DNA of 64,000 nt. It comes from an uncultured Clostridia bacterium. GTDB taxonomy: Bacteria; Bacillota; Clostridia; Oscillospirales; Oscillospiraceae. The position numbers were made by a program, and so were the translations under genes. Every line of letters begins with the position of its first letter. The stretch's first letter is position 1. The notes under the pieces are model-generated. The model searched no databases and had not been told where the DNA came from. It worked only from the letters and a program-made list of their open reading frames with translations. The DNA lies in the NCBI GenBank assembly GCA_945864305.1, contig CAMBAJ010000002.1, positions 1,091-65,090 on the forward strand, read 5' to 3'. This document shows positions 20,328 to 29,073 of this stretch, piece after piece.

Positions 20328-20605
20328 TCCGCCGCTCCCTGGTGCGCCTTTTGATTCAAATGCTTCTCCAGTTTATCCAGTGCGTCGTGCACCGGCCCGT
20401 CGCAGCCCTGTTCGGCAAGCCCCTGCAGGCAGGCTTTGATGCCGTAGCAGAGAAGGGTCTGCTCCTCCTGGATATTCCGGATGCTGGTCCCCTGTTTCCG
20501 GTCCCGCTCGAAAAATTTGTACAGAGCGACCAGCGCCCCTCCGATGACAGCCAGGCTGCCCAGCAGCTCAGCCAGTTCATGGATGTTCTCCATGGAAATG
20601 TACAT
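20324..20605 (-). CDS. single-TM lysis-cassette protein (XhlA/holin-accessory-like)
   Basis: N-terminal TM followed by a coiled-coil-like segment; AGGAG RBS. Confidence 0.55.
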   Translation of the reverse strand: MYISMENIHELAELLGSLAVIGGALVALYKFFERDRKQGTSIRNIQEEQTLLCYGIKACLQGLAEQGCDGPVHDALDKLEKHLNQKAHQGAAE

Positions 20606-20665
20606 GCGCAGTCTCCTCGTTATGTTATGAAAATAGCCTCCCCGCCTGTCGGGCGCTCATAGGAA

Positions 20666-20701
20666 AGGCCCGCCGCGGCATCAGGCTCCGCGGCGGGCCC
20701 T
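20666..20701 (-). terminator. hairpin or terminator after pdaA
   Basis: GGCCCGCCGCGG...CCGCGGCGGGCC followed by TTTCC on the minus strand. Confidence 0.65.
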
Positions 20702-20705
20702 GTTG

Positions 20706-21536
20706 TCAGGCCGTCTGCTCCGGCAGATCGTACAGGGAGGCGAAGGTATATCCCATGTCCTCCCACTTTGTCAGCAGGTCGTCCAGGATATCCGCGTTGG
20801 TTTTGGACGTGGAGTGCAGCAGCACGATGGCGCCGTCGTGGATGCGGGGCAGCAGCTTGGCATACGCCTGCTCCGCTGTGGGCTGATCGTCCACATACCA
20901 GTCCACATAGGCCAGGCTCCAGAGGATGGTCTTATAGCCCAGCGCCTGTGCCTGTTTCAAATTCTCTTCGCTGTATTTGCCCTGAGGCGGCCGGTAGAAC
21001 TTGGGCAGCTCCTGGCCGGTGGTCTCCTGAAACAGTGCCGCCAGATCGTCCAGTTCTTTCTGGAAGGCCGCCTGCTCCGAGATGGCGGACATATCCGGAT
21101 GGTGGTAGGTGTGGTTGCCCACGATATGTCCCTCCTCCACCATGCGGCAGATAATGTCCGGCGCCGTCTCGATCATATTGCCCACCACAAAAAAGGCGGC
21201 CGGAGCCTGATGCTTTTTCAGCGCGTCCAGAATTTTTTCCGTGTAGCCGTTCTCATACCCGCAGTCGAAGGTCAGGTAGATCACTTTTTTGCTGGTGTCG
21301 CCCAGATAATAGGCGTCGTACTGCGCCAGGTCCGCCACACTGGCATTCCCCACCGGGGCCTCGCCCTCGGTCTGGAAGGAGAGGCCCCAGTTGTCCACGG
21401 AGGCCGGCACAGCGGCCTCTCCCGACGCTGTCACCGTGTCCTCCATCTGGTGTTCCTTCGCGCAGAGCATGCCCACAACGGCCGCGCCCAGCACCAGCAG
21501 TGCAATTCCGGCAGCATACCGGCGTTTTTGACTCAT
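20706..21536 (-). CDS. pdaA: delta-lactam-biosynthetic de-N-acetylase (spore cortex polysaccharide deacetylase)
   Basis: N-terminal TM; YLTFDCGYENGYT, GNHTYHHPDM, YRPPQG, WSLAYVDW and IVLLHSTSKTN motifs. Confidence 0.8.
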   Translation of the reverse strand: MSQKRRYAAGIALLVLGAAVVGMLCAKEHQMEDTVTASGEAAVPASVDNWGLSFQTEGEAPVGNASVADLAQYDAYYLGDTSKKVIYLTFDCGYENGYTEKILDALKKHQAPAAFFVVGNMIETAPDIICRMVEEGHIVGNHTYHHPDMSAISEQAAFQKELDDLAALFQETTGQELPKFYRPPQGKYSEENLKQAQALGYKTILWSLAYVDWYVDDQPTAEQAYAKLLPRIHDGAIVLLHSTSKTNADILDDLLTKWEDMGYTFASLYDLPEQTA

Positions 21537-21625
21537 CTCTCAGATACCTCCTGCGACAAAATCCATTGTCCACATCTTGCGCAGCCGCCCGGCAATTATG
21601 CAGAGCCGTATCCGAAATTTTTTCG

Positions 21626-22198
21626 TCACTCCTCCGGCGGCACCGCCAGTTGGAAGCTCTCCCAGGTGTGCTCCGCCGCCTCCACGTCCGCCCAGGTATA
21701 GCCTGCCCGCTCGCACTCCTCCCAGGTCAGATAGCGGAAATAAAACTCCACTTCCAGATGGCAGGGCAGGATATCCAGAATGATATCCCGGATCTGTTCA
21801 AACTCCGCCGGGACGCCGGCCACCTCGGGAAAGATCACCCGTAGGCAGCCCTCTCCCATCTCCAGCGCCCTGGCCCGAATACCGCATCCGCAGATGGTTT
21901 TGTTAATGGAGGAGGGCGTCAGACTGTCTCCGTCGATCTGGAGCAGCGCCGCAATGGCCGCTCTGCGCTCCTCCGGCGTCACGGCGGCGGGCCGGCGGGC
22001 GAACAGCGCCTCCCTTCGGGATAGGCCCTCGTCCTCCGCCGTAGCCGTCAGTGACTCCCGCTCCACCGTCTCCAGCCGCTGGCTGACCGCGTCCATCCCG
22101 ATCCCCAGCGCATAGAGCTCCGCGCCGTTGATGGTCCCGTCTCTCAGATCGTAGACGCCCAGCGGCGCCAGCAGCGCGCGCAGATACTGTTCATACAT
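21626..22198 (-). CDS. baseplate wedge protein (YmfQ/DUF2313, Mu gp48-like)
   Basis: Follows baseplate J; ILPCHL motif and TW-repeat C-terminus. Confidence 0.75.
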   Translation of the reverse strand: MYEQYLRALLAPLGVYDLRDGTINGAELYALGIGMDAVSQRLETVERESLTATAEDEGLSRREALFARRPAAVTPEERRAAIAALLQIDGDSLTPSSINKTICGCGIRARALEMGEGCLRVIFPEVAGVPAEFEQIRDIILDILPCHLEVEFYFRYLTWEECERAGYTWADVEAAEHTWESFQLAVPPEE

Positions 22199-22201
22199 GG
22201 C

Positions 22202-23260
22202 TCACGCCTCCATCTCCGTCACCGTCAGGGTTCCCAGCACGGGCAGGACCGCATCATCCGCCGCCAGGTCCCCGGTGGGGGCGGAAAAGTGATAGTTGGT
22301 CACGCCCGGGAGCGCATAAAGCCGGTTTCCCAGGTCCGCCAGCCGCACCGGCTGGCCCAGCAGGCGGCCGCCGAAGAAGTCCGCGACGGCCTTTTCCGCC
22401 GCCGGTTTGACGGCCGCGAAGCCCACGCTGCTGTCAGCCTCTACTTCCACGGACACATCCACGCTCACCGCCGTCGGCGCCTTCACTTCCACGTCCACGG
22501 CGATCTCCCGCTTCTCCTGCAGGTCCGCCTGCACTTCCTCCAGCAATGCCTCACCGGGAAGGCCGCTCTCTCCCGCCACGTACACATCCACGGTCCCGAT
22601 CCCCCGGGCCCGTCCCACGGCTCTGGCCGCCGTCACACCGGCATGGCTCATGGCCGTCTGCTCATACCACGCGGCGTTGGCGCCGTTGGGCAGCCGCCGG
22701 TAGCTCTCCAGAATGCGCTCCCGCAGCGTCTCGTCGCCCTCCTCATCGCTGCCGCCTGTAAAGGCGGCGGGATTGGTCACGCCCGTCACAGCCACGGGGC
22801 AGGCCGTCAAAATCGATATTGCCCCCGGCACCGCGTTTCCGCCGCTACCGCCCTCCAGGGCCTCCGCTACCGCGTCGGCGGACAGGGTGCCCGCCGCCAG
22901 CACGGCCGCTTCAGTGGTGCGGAAGCGCACCTCATCCGCCGTCATGCAGACCGTGTCCGCCGGGATGGTCAGGTCCGCCACCGGCGCCGTATCCACACGG
23001 AACCGCAGGACACCCGCCGCCCTGGTGGCCGGTGTCCGCGCAAGGCCCCGCATAGCAGCATGGCGGTCCAGATAGATTCCCTGGGCCGTCTGGGGAAAGC
23101 TCTGGTCCAGCACCCACTCCGCCTGGGTGCCCAGCGCCTGAATCTGTGCCGCAGCCGCCCAGAGCCGCACCGCCAGATCACAGCTGTCCTCCGGGACGAA
23201 TCCCGCCCGGCCCCCAAAGGCATCCCGCAATTCCTGATAGATTTCCTCGATGTCTCTCAC
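22202..23260 (-). CDS. baseplate J/gp47 protein
   Basis: TAQGIYLDRHA, GGSDEEGDETLRERI and RGIGTVDV motifs. Confidence 0.9.
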   Translation of the reverse strand: MRDIEEIYQELRDAFGGRAGFVPEDSCDLAVRLWAAAAQIQALGTQAEWVLDQSFPQTAQGIYLDRHAAMRGLARTPATRAAGVLRFRVDTAPVADLTIPADTVCMTADEVRFRTTEAAVLAAGTLSADAVAEALEGGSGGNAVPGAISILTACPVAVTGVTNPAAFTGGSDEEGDETLRERILESYRRLPNGANAAWYEQTAMSHAGVTAARAVGRARGIGTVDVYVAGESGLPGEALLEEVQADLQEKREIAVDVEVKAPTAVSVDVSVEVEADSSVGFAAVKPAAEKAVADFFGGRLLGQPVRLADLGNRLYALPGVTNYHFSAPTGDLAADDAVLPVLGTLTVTEMEA

Positions 23261-23272
23261 CGGTCATCCTCC

Positions 23273-23623
23273 TTACAACTGGATATCCAGTGCGGCCGTC
23301 AGCGCCTCATCCCCATAGAGGAGGTCCACTTCCAGTGTACCCGCACAGCCGTTTTCCACCAGCTCCACGCGCTCCACCTGTATGCCGCTCTCCTCCGCCA
23401 GCGCCTCGGCCACATACTGCTTCGCGGCGCTCTGCCGCTTGGCGGCCGGGACCTGTCCCAGCTTCCACAGCTGGCTGCCAAGGGTCTCCCAGAAGGGAAA
23501 CGTCCCCCTTCTGGCTGTCAGCCGGAACAGCACCCGCTGCAAAAGCGCCTCATTGCCGGCCACGCGCCGCACTCCGCCGGCTCCGTCGGAGACATAGTCC
23601 CCATGTTTCAACTGCAATTCCAT
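23273..23623 (-). CDS. baseplate wedge/sheath initiator (gp25/gp46/W-like)
   Basis: 116 aa with LGSQL motif, immediately before baseplate J. Confidence 0.7.
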   Translation of the reverse strand: MELQLKHGDYVSDGAGGVRRVAGNEALLQRVLFRLTARRGTFPFWETLGSQLWKLGQVPAAKRQSAAKQYVAEALAEESGIQVERVELVENGCAGTLEVDLLYGDEALTAALDIQL

Positions 23624-23624
23624 C

Positions 23625-24035
23625 TCACAGCTCCCCCTCGCCGCAGGTACACGGCACATAGAACTGTCCGTTGATGATCAGCTGTCCCTCGATGGACACT
23701 GTCGTCCCCTTCACTTCCACGCTACCGTCCTGCTTCAGGTAAACGGAATTCTCCCCGGGGCCGTATAAAAACACCTCGCCTGGCTTCATTCCCCTTGGCG
23801 TCTCCCTCTGCTTCATCCCGGTTACGCACTGTTCCTCGCCGCCGGGGCCGCCCTTGACCACCAGTACCGCCGCGCCGTTCTGGGGCAGCCATATATAGCC
23901 GCCGGGGCCGTATACCGGCAGTGCCCGCACCTCGCCCCGGGTCAGAACGCCCACCTGGTCCCCCGCGATGGTGGTCATGCCCAGGTCCGCGTCCACTGTC
24001 GCGGTGGCGGGCTTTATCTGTTTGGAAAGCCACAT
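23625..24035 (-). CDS. baseplate spike (Mu gp45/gpV-like), short
   Basis: PGG...P OB-fold segment, KPGEVFLY, short beta-repeats and a C-terminal CxC. Confidence 0.65.
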   Translation of the reverse strand: MWLSKQIKPATATVDADLGMTTIAGDQVGVLTRGEVRALPVYGPGGYIWLPQNGAAVLVVKGGPGGEEQCVTGMKQRETPRGMKPGEVFLYGPGENSVYLKQDGSVEVKGTTVSIEGQLIINGQFYVPCTCGEGEL

Positions 24036-24036
24036 C

Positions 24037-24984
24037 TCACATTCTCTCCTTTAATGTCAGCGTCGCGGTCGCGCCCTTTTGGATGGAGAACTCGTTCTCG
24101 CTCTCTGCCACCCGGAAGGTGCCGGAGAGCCCCATGCGCTCCATCCGCAGCTCCACGATGTCGCCGGGAAAGGCCAGAAAGCTCCCCGGCAGGCACACCA
24201 CAATGGACTTCTCATCCTCTTTGGAGCGCTGGATTTGATATTCTCCGGTGTACCGCATGGCGGCCCAGGTGCTCTGCCCCGGCGTGTACACCACCCGGCG
24301 GCACTGGCCGCCCCGGTCGATCATGTCCTGGTTTTTCACGTTGTAATAGACGTTCTGCTTCTTGTCGATGACCAGAACCTCCGTCAGCACGCCGTAGTGG
24401 TCCTCCCGCAGCGTGCAGGACAGCACCGGGTCCCCGTCACCGATTCGGATGCGGCGTCCGCTGTCCTTTTCCGGGGCCGCCAGCAGCTTTCCGTCCCTAT
24501 TGAACCGGGGCGAAAAGCCCCCGTAGGTCCTGCAAAAGCCCTCCAGCGCCTTCCACTGGCTGGAGCCAGCGGCCACCGTGTACACGGAGGTGGCCCGCAC
24601 ATTGGCCACCTCCCCGCAGGAGATGCCGTAGGGCGTCACATGGCAGCGGATGATCTCCGCCAGCGTGGCGTCCTGGTATGTCAGGGGCCGGGACTCATTG
24701 TCCAGCAGCCGGGCCGCGTAGCCCCGGCCCACCACCGTGGCCGTCAGACCGTCGGCCCCCAGGTCCACGGTGTACTCGTCCACGATGCCCCGCAGCATCG
24801 TGACGCCGTTTTCAATGGCGGCGAACCCCGCCGCCAGGTGCAGCACCTCCGCCATCGTGTTCTCGTACAAGAACGTGATGGAGTAGCTGTCGCAGGGCAC
24901 CGTGCCGGTGTGGGTCACATTCCACGTAAGAGGCACCGGCAGGTCGAACACCCGGTGGTCGCTGGTAAAAATACGTCCTGTCAT
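24037..24984 (-). CDS. baseplate hub (Mu gp44/XkdQ-like)
   Basis: GIVDE...GRGYAARLLD motif; position after the LysM gene. Confidence 0.7.
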   Translation of the reverse strand: MTGRIFTSDHRVFDLPVPLTWNVTHTGTVPCDSYSITFLYENTMAEVLHLAAGFAAIENGVTMLRGIVDEYTVDLGADGLTATVVGRGYAARLLDNESRPLTYQDATLAEIIRCHVTPYGISCGEVANVRATSVYTVAAGSSQWKALEGFCRTYGGFSPRFNRDGKLLAAPEKDSGRRIRIGDGDPVLSCTLREDHYGVLTEVLVIDKKQNVYYNVKNQDMIDRGGQCRRVVYTPGQSTWAAMRYTGEYQIQRSKEDEKSIVVCLPGSFLAFPGDIVELRMERMGLSGTFRVAESENEFSIQKGATATLTLKERM

Positions 24985-25565
24985 GGGATCAGCACCTTGT
25001 CCCCCGGATAGATCAGATTGGGATTCTTGATCTGGGGATTCGCGGCGATCAGCGCCGCCAGCGTCACATCGTAACGCTTCGCGATTCCCCACAGGGTGTC
25101 TCCTTTCCGCACGGTATAGGTCTCCGCCGCGGCGCTCTCCGCGGCGGCTGTCCTGCTGCCGGTGCCGGAAAGTGCACCGCCGTCGTCGCTTGCCGTCAGG
25201 CCGCCGCTGTAACCGTTCCAGTCCTCCCAGAAGGTAAAGCTGTACCGCACATAGTCCGGCAGCGGCTCTTCGGTAACCTTCAGCTCCACGAAATAAGCCC
25301 GCTCCGCCTGCCAGACCGGGTGCACCAGCAGTCCCGGTCCGCTCTCCTGGAACACCGCCGCCAGCTCCTGAAACTGGCGGTAGGCGTCATTCCCCGTAAA
25401 GACGCCCTCGCCCTTCAGAACGCGGTAGGTGTACCCCAGGTCCTGGAGCACGCAGCGCCCGAAGGGCACCTTGTGGGCCGCCATTTGTCTCCGGTATTCC
25501 ACGGTATAGATCTCCGGATTGTGAGGCCAGGTAAACTCCTTGTATCGCATAGGCGTCAGCCGCAT
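24981..25565 (-). CDS. tail tube initiator with C-terminal LysM (XkdP/Mu gp43-like)
   Basis: QDLG and GLLVHP motifs; LysM YTVRKGDTLWGIAKRY...NPQIKNPNLIYPG. Confidence 0.8.
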   Translation of the reverse strand: MRLTPMRYKEFTWPHNPEIYTVEYRRQMAAHKVPFGRCVLQDLGYTYRVLKGEGVFTGNDAYRQFQELAAVFQESGPGLLVHPVWQAERAYFVELKVTEEPLPDYVRYSFTFWEDWNGYSGGLTASDDGGALSGTGSRTAAAESAAAETYTVRKGDTLWGIAKRYDVTLAALIAANPQIKNPNLIYPGDKVLIP

Positions 25566-25582
25566 ATCCGATTCCTCCTCTC

Positions 25583-26086
25583 TCAGTACAGGGTAAATCC
25601 GCCGTCATAGCGCCGCGCGTCCCGCTGGAACGTCCGGGACAGCTCTCCCGGAACGGATGTCCCCCCGGCATCCGTCCACAGGATTTCCGTCACCGTCCGC
25701 TCCCGGACCGCGCCGCCCTCTGCCATGGCGTTTTCCCTGCCGGCGGAGCGCTCCGCCGGCTCCCCGGTGCTAGCCATCCCGGTTCTTCCGGCCCCGCTCT
25801 CCGCCCCGCCGGTCCTCTCCGCGGAACGGACCGCCGCCGCTTCCAGATCGTAGAGCAGTTCCGCGGACACGGTCCGCTCTGTCTCCGAAAGGTCCCACCG
25901 CGCCGCTCCGTCCGCGCTGCTCTCCGTTCTCTCCCACCGGGCATCTGCTTTTGTCCGGAGCAGGTCCTCCTGTCCACCGGTCCCGTCCTCCTGTGCGGAG
26001 GGCTCGGACTGTCCGCCCATCATCAGCAGCGCCAGCGCCAGCCGCTGCCGCGCCAGTTCCTCCCGTACGTAGTCCATGTCCGTCAC
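25583..26086 (-). CDS. hypothetical protein at the tape-measure position (167 aa)
   Basis: Lies between the chaperone-like and LysM genes; low-complexity middle. Confidence 0.55.
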   Translation of the reverse strand: MTDMDYVREELARQRLALALLMMGGQSEPSAQEDGTGGQEDLLRTKADARWERTESSADGAARWDLSETERTVSAELLYDLEAAAVRSAERTGGAESGAGRTGMASTGEPAERSAGRENAMAEGGAVRERTVTEILWTDAGGTSVPGELSRTFQRDARRYDGGFTLY

Positions 26087-26391
26087 TCCCTCCGCAGGGC
26101 GTCGAAGCGTCCCTGGTCAAAGGCCGGATTCACCGTCTCCGCCGGAAGTTCTCCGCCGTCCTTCGCCAGCCGGGTCAGCAGGCTCTCCATCTGCCGGCCC
26201 GTCAGGTCCGTCAGCACGGCGGTCTCGTCGCCGTACACCGGCTCGCCCTGAAAGTAGCAGCACGCCGCCAGCACCCGGGCGTTGCAGATGACCGTCCGCT
26301 CCAGACCGTCCTCAGATGCCTCCCGGCTCTCCCGCCACAGCTCCAGCAGCCGCCCCGCCGTCAGTGGCCGTAGCTCGTCGATGTCTCTCAT
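26083..26391 (-). CDS. putative tail assembly chaperone
   Basis: 102 aa, LRPLT N-terminus, directly after the tube gene (ATGA overlap). Confidence 0.55.
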   Translation of the reverse strand: MRDIDELRPLTAGRLLELWRESREASEDGLERTVICNARVLAACCYFQGEPVYGDETAVLTDLTGRQMESLLTRLAKDGGELPAETVNPAFDQGRFDALRRE

Positions 26392-26777
26392 GCCGTTGTC
26401 TCGATGCGCTTGGACGCCACCACGGTGATCTTCTCCGCCACCATGGCGTTCAGCTGGCCCTCCTCGTGGATGGCGCTCCACTCACAGCCGCTGTAAATGA
26501 TCTTGCGGTCCGGCTTGCAGATGACCAGGGAGAAATCCCGCAGGTCATAGAAGTTGATGCCGTCGGACACCGCGTCGTCGGTGGCATACAGGCGGGTCAG
26601 CTCCAGGGTGTATTTCTTCTGTCCCTCGATGGTGGCCACCGGCTCGCTCTCGCCGAAGGCCTCCACGCTCTGAGAGGACTTGGTGGCCCTGGCGGTGTAG
26701 CTCTGCACCACCGCCACCTTCCTGCCGTCCAGCTCCAGATAGATATCCGAGCTGGTGGGAAATCCCTTCACTTCCAT
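26388..26777 (-). CDS. tail tube protein
   Basis: 129 aa, beta-rich, directly after the sheath; AAAGGAGG RBS. Confidence 0.7.
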   Translation of the reverse strand: MEVKGFPTSSDIYLELDGRKVAVVQSYTARATKSSQSVEAFGESEPVATIEGQKKYTLELTRLYATDDAVSDGINFYDLRDFSLVICKPDRKIIYSGCEWSAIHEEGQLNAMVAEKITVVASKRIETTA

Positions 26778-26790
26778 ATACCGTCCTCCT

Positions 26791-27852
26791 TTACACCGTG
26801 ATGTGGACCGTCAGATAGATCTGATTGAGTCCGTGGGCCACCGCGAAGCTGAACTCCACCAGACAGACCGTGGGGTCGTCGGCGGAGGCGGTCACGCTGA
26901 CCTCGCCGTAGCCGTCGATGATCTCCGCCGCCACCTTTTTCTCCAGCTCCACAATGACCTGGGACCGGATGGCACCCCGGTTCCGGACGGTGTTCTTGGT
27001 CCTGGCGAACTTGCTCCGCAGAGCCGCGCGCACCGCCGGGATGATGTCGTCCACAATCAGAATGGTGGTCAGTTCCCGCCAGGTGGTGTCGGCTGCGCCG
27101 CCGGTGGTGGTTCGGGTGGTGATGCCCCGCACCGGGGAGATCACGCCCGCCTGGCTCTCCAGGGGCGTCACGCCGCCCCGCACCAGCAGGTCGATGTCGT
27201 TGTCGCTGTAATCCTCAGCCACGCCGCCCAGGCCCTGGATCTCCGTGCCGTTCAGCGGCACGGCGGGGTCCCGGCCGGAGGCGATGACGCCCGCCACAGA
27301 AGCGGCGGCAAACACGCCGCTCAAGGTCTTCCCCGCGCTGTCCAGAACGTCCGGCCCCACCAGTACCATCCGTTCGCTGTTCAGCGCGGCGGCATGCTCC
27401 ACCAGTTCCGCCGCTGTCTCGCCGTCGCCGCCCACCACGGCGATGCGCTCTCTGCGGCCCGCCGAGGCGGTCTCCACCGCCACGCGCAGCGCCTGCTGCA
27501 CGGTGATCTCGGCGCTGTCGCAGACCACGATCTGCGCGTCCTGCTTGCCAAGGCTCTCAAAGGCGGCCTCGTAATCCGCCAGTGCGCCCGTGTCGGCCAC
27601 CCGCACCGCTGTGACCGTGGATGCGCCGTTGGCGAACAGCAGCCGCAAAATCGTGCTCATTCCGGGGGTGGTGTCCTCCCCGAACGCCGCTACGCCGGAG
27701 GCATAGCTGGTCACCGTCACCGCCTCGCCCACGGTGCCCCGGACCGCCTTGGCGGCCACGCCGATGGTCTTGACGGCCTGTCCGGCGGACACCACCGCCG
27801 ACGCGTCATACGTGGAGTAAACCCCCGGCCGTTCATGAATGATCTCGCTCAA
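26791..27852 (-). CDS. contractile tail sheath protein (compact, 353 aa)
   Basis: HERPGVY N-terminus; GVTPL, RGITT and WRELTTILIVD sheath C-terminal motifs. Confidence 0.88.
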   Translation of the reverse strand: MSEIIHERPGVYSTYDASAVVSAGQAVKTIGVAAKAVRGTVGEAVTVTSYASGVAAFGEDTTPGMSTILRLLFANGASTVTAVRVADTGALADYEAAFESLGKQDAQIVVCDSAEITVQQALRVAVETASAGRRERIAVVGGDGETAAELVEHAAALNSERMVLVGPDVLDSAGKTLSGVFAAASVAGVIASGRDPAVPLNGTEIQGLGGVAEDYSDNDIDLLVRGGVTPLESQAGVISPVRGITTRTTTGGAADTTWRELTTILIVDDIIPAVRAALRSKFARTKNTVRNRGAIRSQVIVELEKKVAAEIIDGYGEVSVTASADDPTVCLVEFSFAVAHGLNQIYLTVHITV

Positions 27853-28343
27853 CCCGTCATAACTCCCTTCAAAATAAAGTCCAGGAACATCTCTCCGTCC
27901 TCATGTCCCTGCGCCACAAAGACAGCCCTGCACTGGAGCTTCCCCCGCCGCAGGAACATGCCCGTCTCCTTCTCCCAGCAGAGGGCCTCCCAGCTCAGCT
28001 CTCCCGGCCGGATGCCGCTGGGGAGCCCCCCCAGCAGCACCTCGGCCGCCGCCTCGCAGCCCTTTTCGCAGTCCGCGGCCCGTTCCGCCCGGACATCCAC
28101 GGCGATGACGCCCTCCAGCTGCTTGCCGTACAGCTCCAGCACGGTCCCCGCCGTCTCATCGTAGGTCTCACCCAGGTAATTGCAGAATCCCAGGTTTTTC
28201 CCCTGGGCGCCCCCCACGGCCACCGTGACCACCGGGTCCGTATACTGCTTCGCCCGGCCGGCCGGAAAAGTGGCCATGGTCCGCAGGCCGGCATCGTCCA
28301 GCGCAGTCATCACCGCGTCCCGCACCTGTGTCAGTTCCTTCAC
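27849..28343 (-). CDS. putative tail terminator/completion protein
   Basis: Lies between the head closure and sheath genes, with 4-nt overlaps on both sides. Confidence 0.55.
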   Translation of the reverse strand: MKELTQVRDAVMTALDDAGLRTMATFPAGRAKQYTDPVVTVAVGGAQGKNLGFCNYLGETYDETAGTVLELYGKQLEGVIAVDVRAERAADCEKGCEAAAEVLLGGLPSGIRPGELSWEALCWEKETGMFLRRGKLQCRAVFVAQGHEDGEMFLDFILKGVMTG

Positions 28344-28660
28344 TCCGCCGCCTCCTTCTCCCGCTCCAGAGACGCCCACCAGTGGGTCAGCTCTTCGCCG
28401 ATGTAATAGGGCCGGCTGCTCCGCACCCGAAAGCGCATCTTGCCGTCTGTCACGGTGTCCCCCTCGGAGACGGCGGTCTGCCCCAGATACAGCCACAGCC
28501 GGTCGTCATTCCAGCCAAGGTCCGTCATGGTGCCGGCCACCTGCTCTTGCCGCTCTGTCAGGGGCTGCAAAAACGCCCTGGCGGACACGGCGCCCTCCGC
28601 TGTCTCCACCGTCACATTCTGCCCGTACTGTGCCAGCACGCTCCGCACCCAGTCCGTCAT
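28340..28660 (-). CDS. putative head closure (stopper) protein
   Basis: 106 aa, beta-rich, second neck-gene position. Confidence 0.55.
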   Translation of the reverse strand: MTDWVRSVLAQYGQNVTVETAEGAVSARAFLQPLTERQEQVAGTMTDLGWNDDRLWLYLGQTAVSEGDTVTDGKMRFRVRSSRPYYIGEELTHWWASLEREKEAAE

Positions 28661-29025
28661 CCCCGCACTCCTCTCAGGCAGATGTCCCCGGCATCCGTAT
28701 ACGGAGCCATCAGCCGCTCCGCCGCCTGCCGCAGCTCCGCCGCTGTGCGGGTGCTCTCACCGGCGTCCTGTGCCTTCACAGAGATTTCCCCGGCGGTGAA
28801 GGAGGCGACATGACTGCCGCCGCACCGCCCCGCCGCCAGGTCCGCCGCCGCCGTGAAAGCCGCGGCACAGCGGAACGCCGCCCCGCAGTCCTCCTCCGTC
28901 AGGCCGTCCCGCAGCCGCTTTGTCCAGGCCTGCTCCGCCGCCCCGCATAAGAGCTCCAGCAGCTCCTGCTCCGCCTCTCCGGCGCCGGAGATAGCCTGCG
29001 CCAGCTCCAAAATCGTCTTGCTCAC
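28657..29025 (-). CDS. putative head-tail connector/adaptor
   Basis: Helical 122 aa with SFTAGEISV motif, right after the capsid gene. Confidence 0.6.
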   Translation of the reverse strand: MSKTILELAQAISGAGEAEQELLELLCGAAEQAWTKRLRDGLTEEDCGAAFRCAAAFTAAADLAAGRCGGSHVASFTAGEISVKAQDAGESTRTAAELRQAAERLMAPYTDAGDICLRGVRG

Positions 29026-29073
29026 GTTTTCACTCCCTCGCTCATCGTCTCCCGTCACAAGGGGATTTGGGTG

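Noticed and set aside
26083-26391. Programmed frameshift in the tail chaperone gene
   Set aside because: No clear slippery heptamer was recognised near its end, and the next ORF has its own overlapping start and RBS.
21626-27852. R-type tailocin or eCIS interpretation
   Set aside because: Apparently intact terminase, portal, protease and capsid genes are in the same run, whereas tailocins and eCIS lack a head module.
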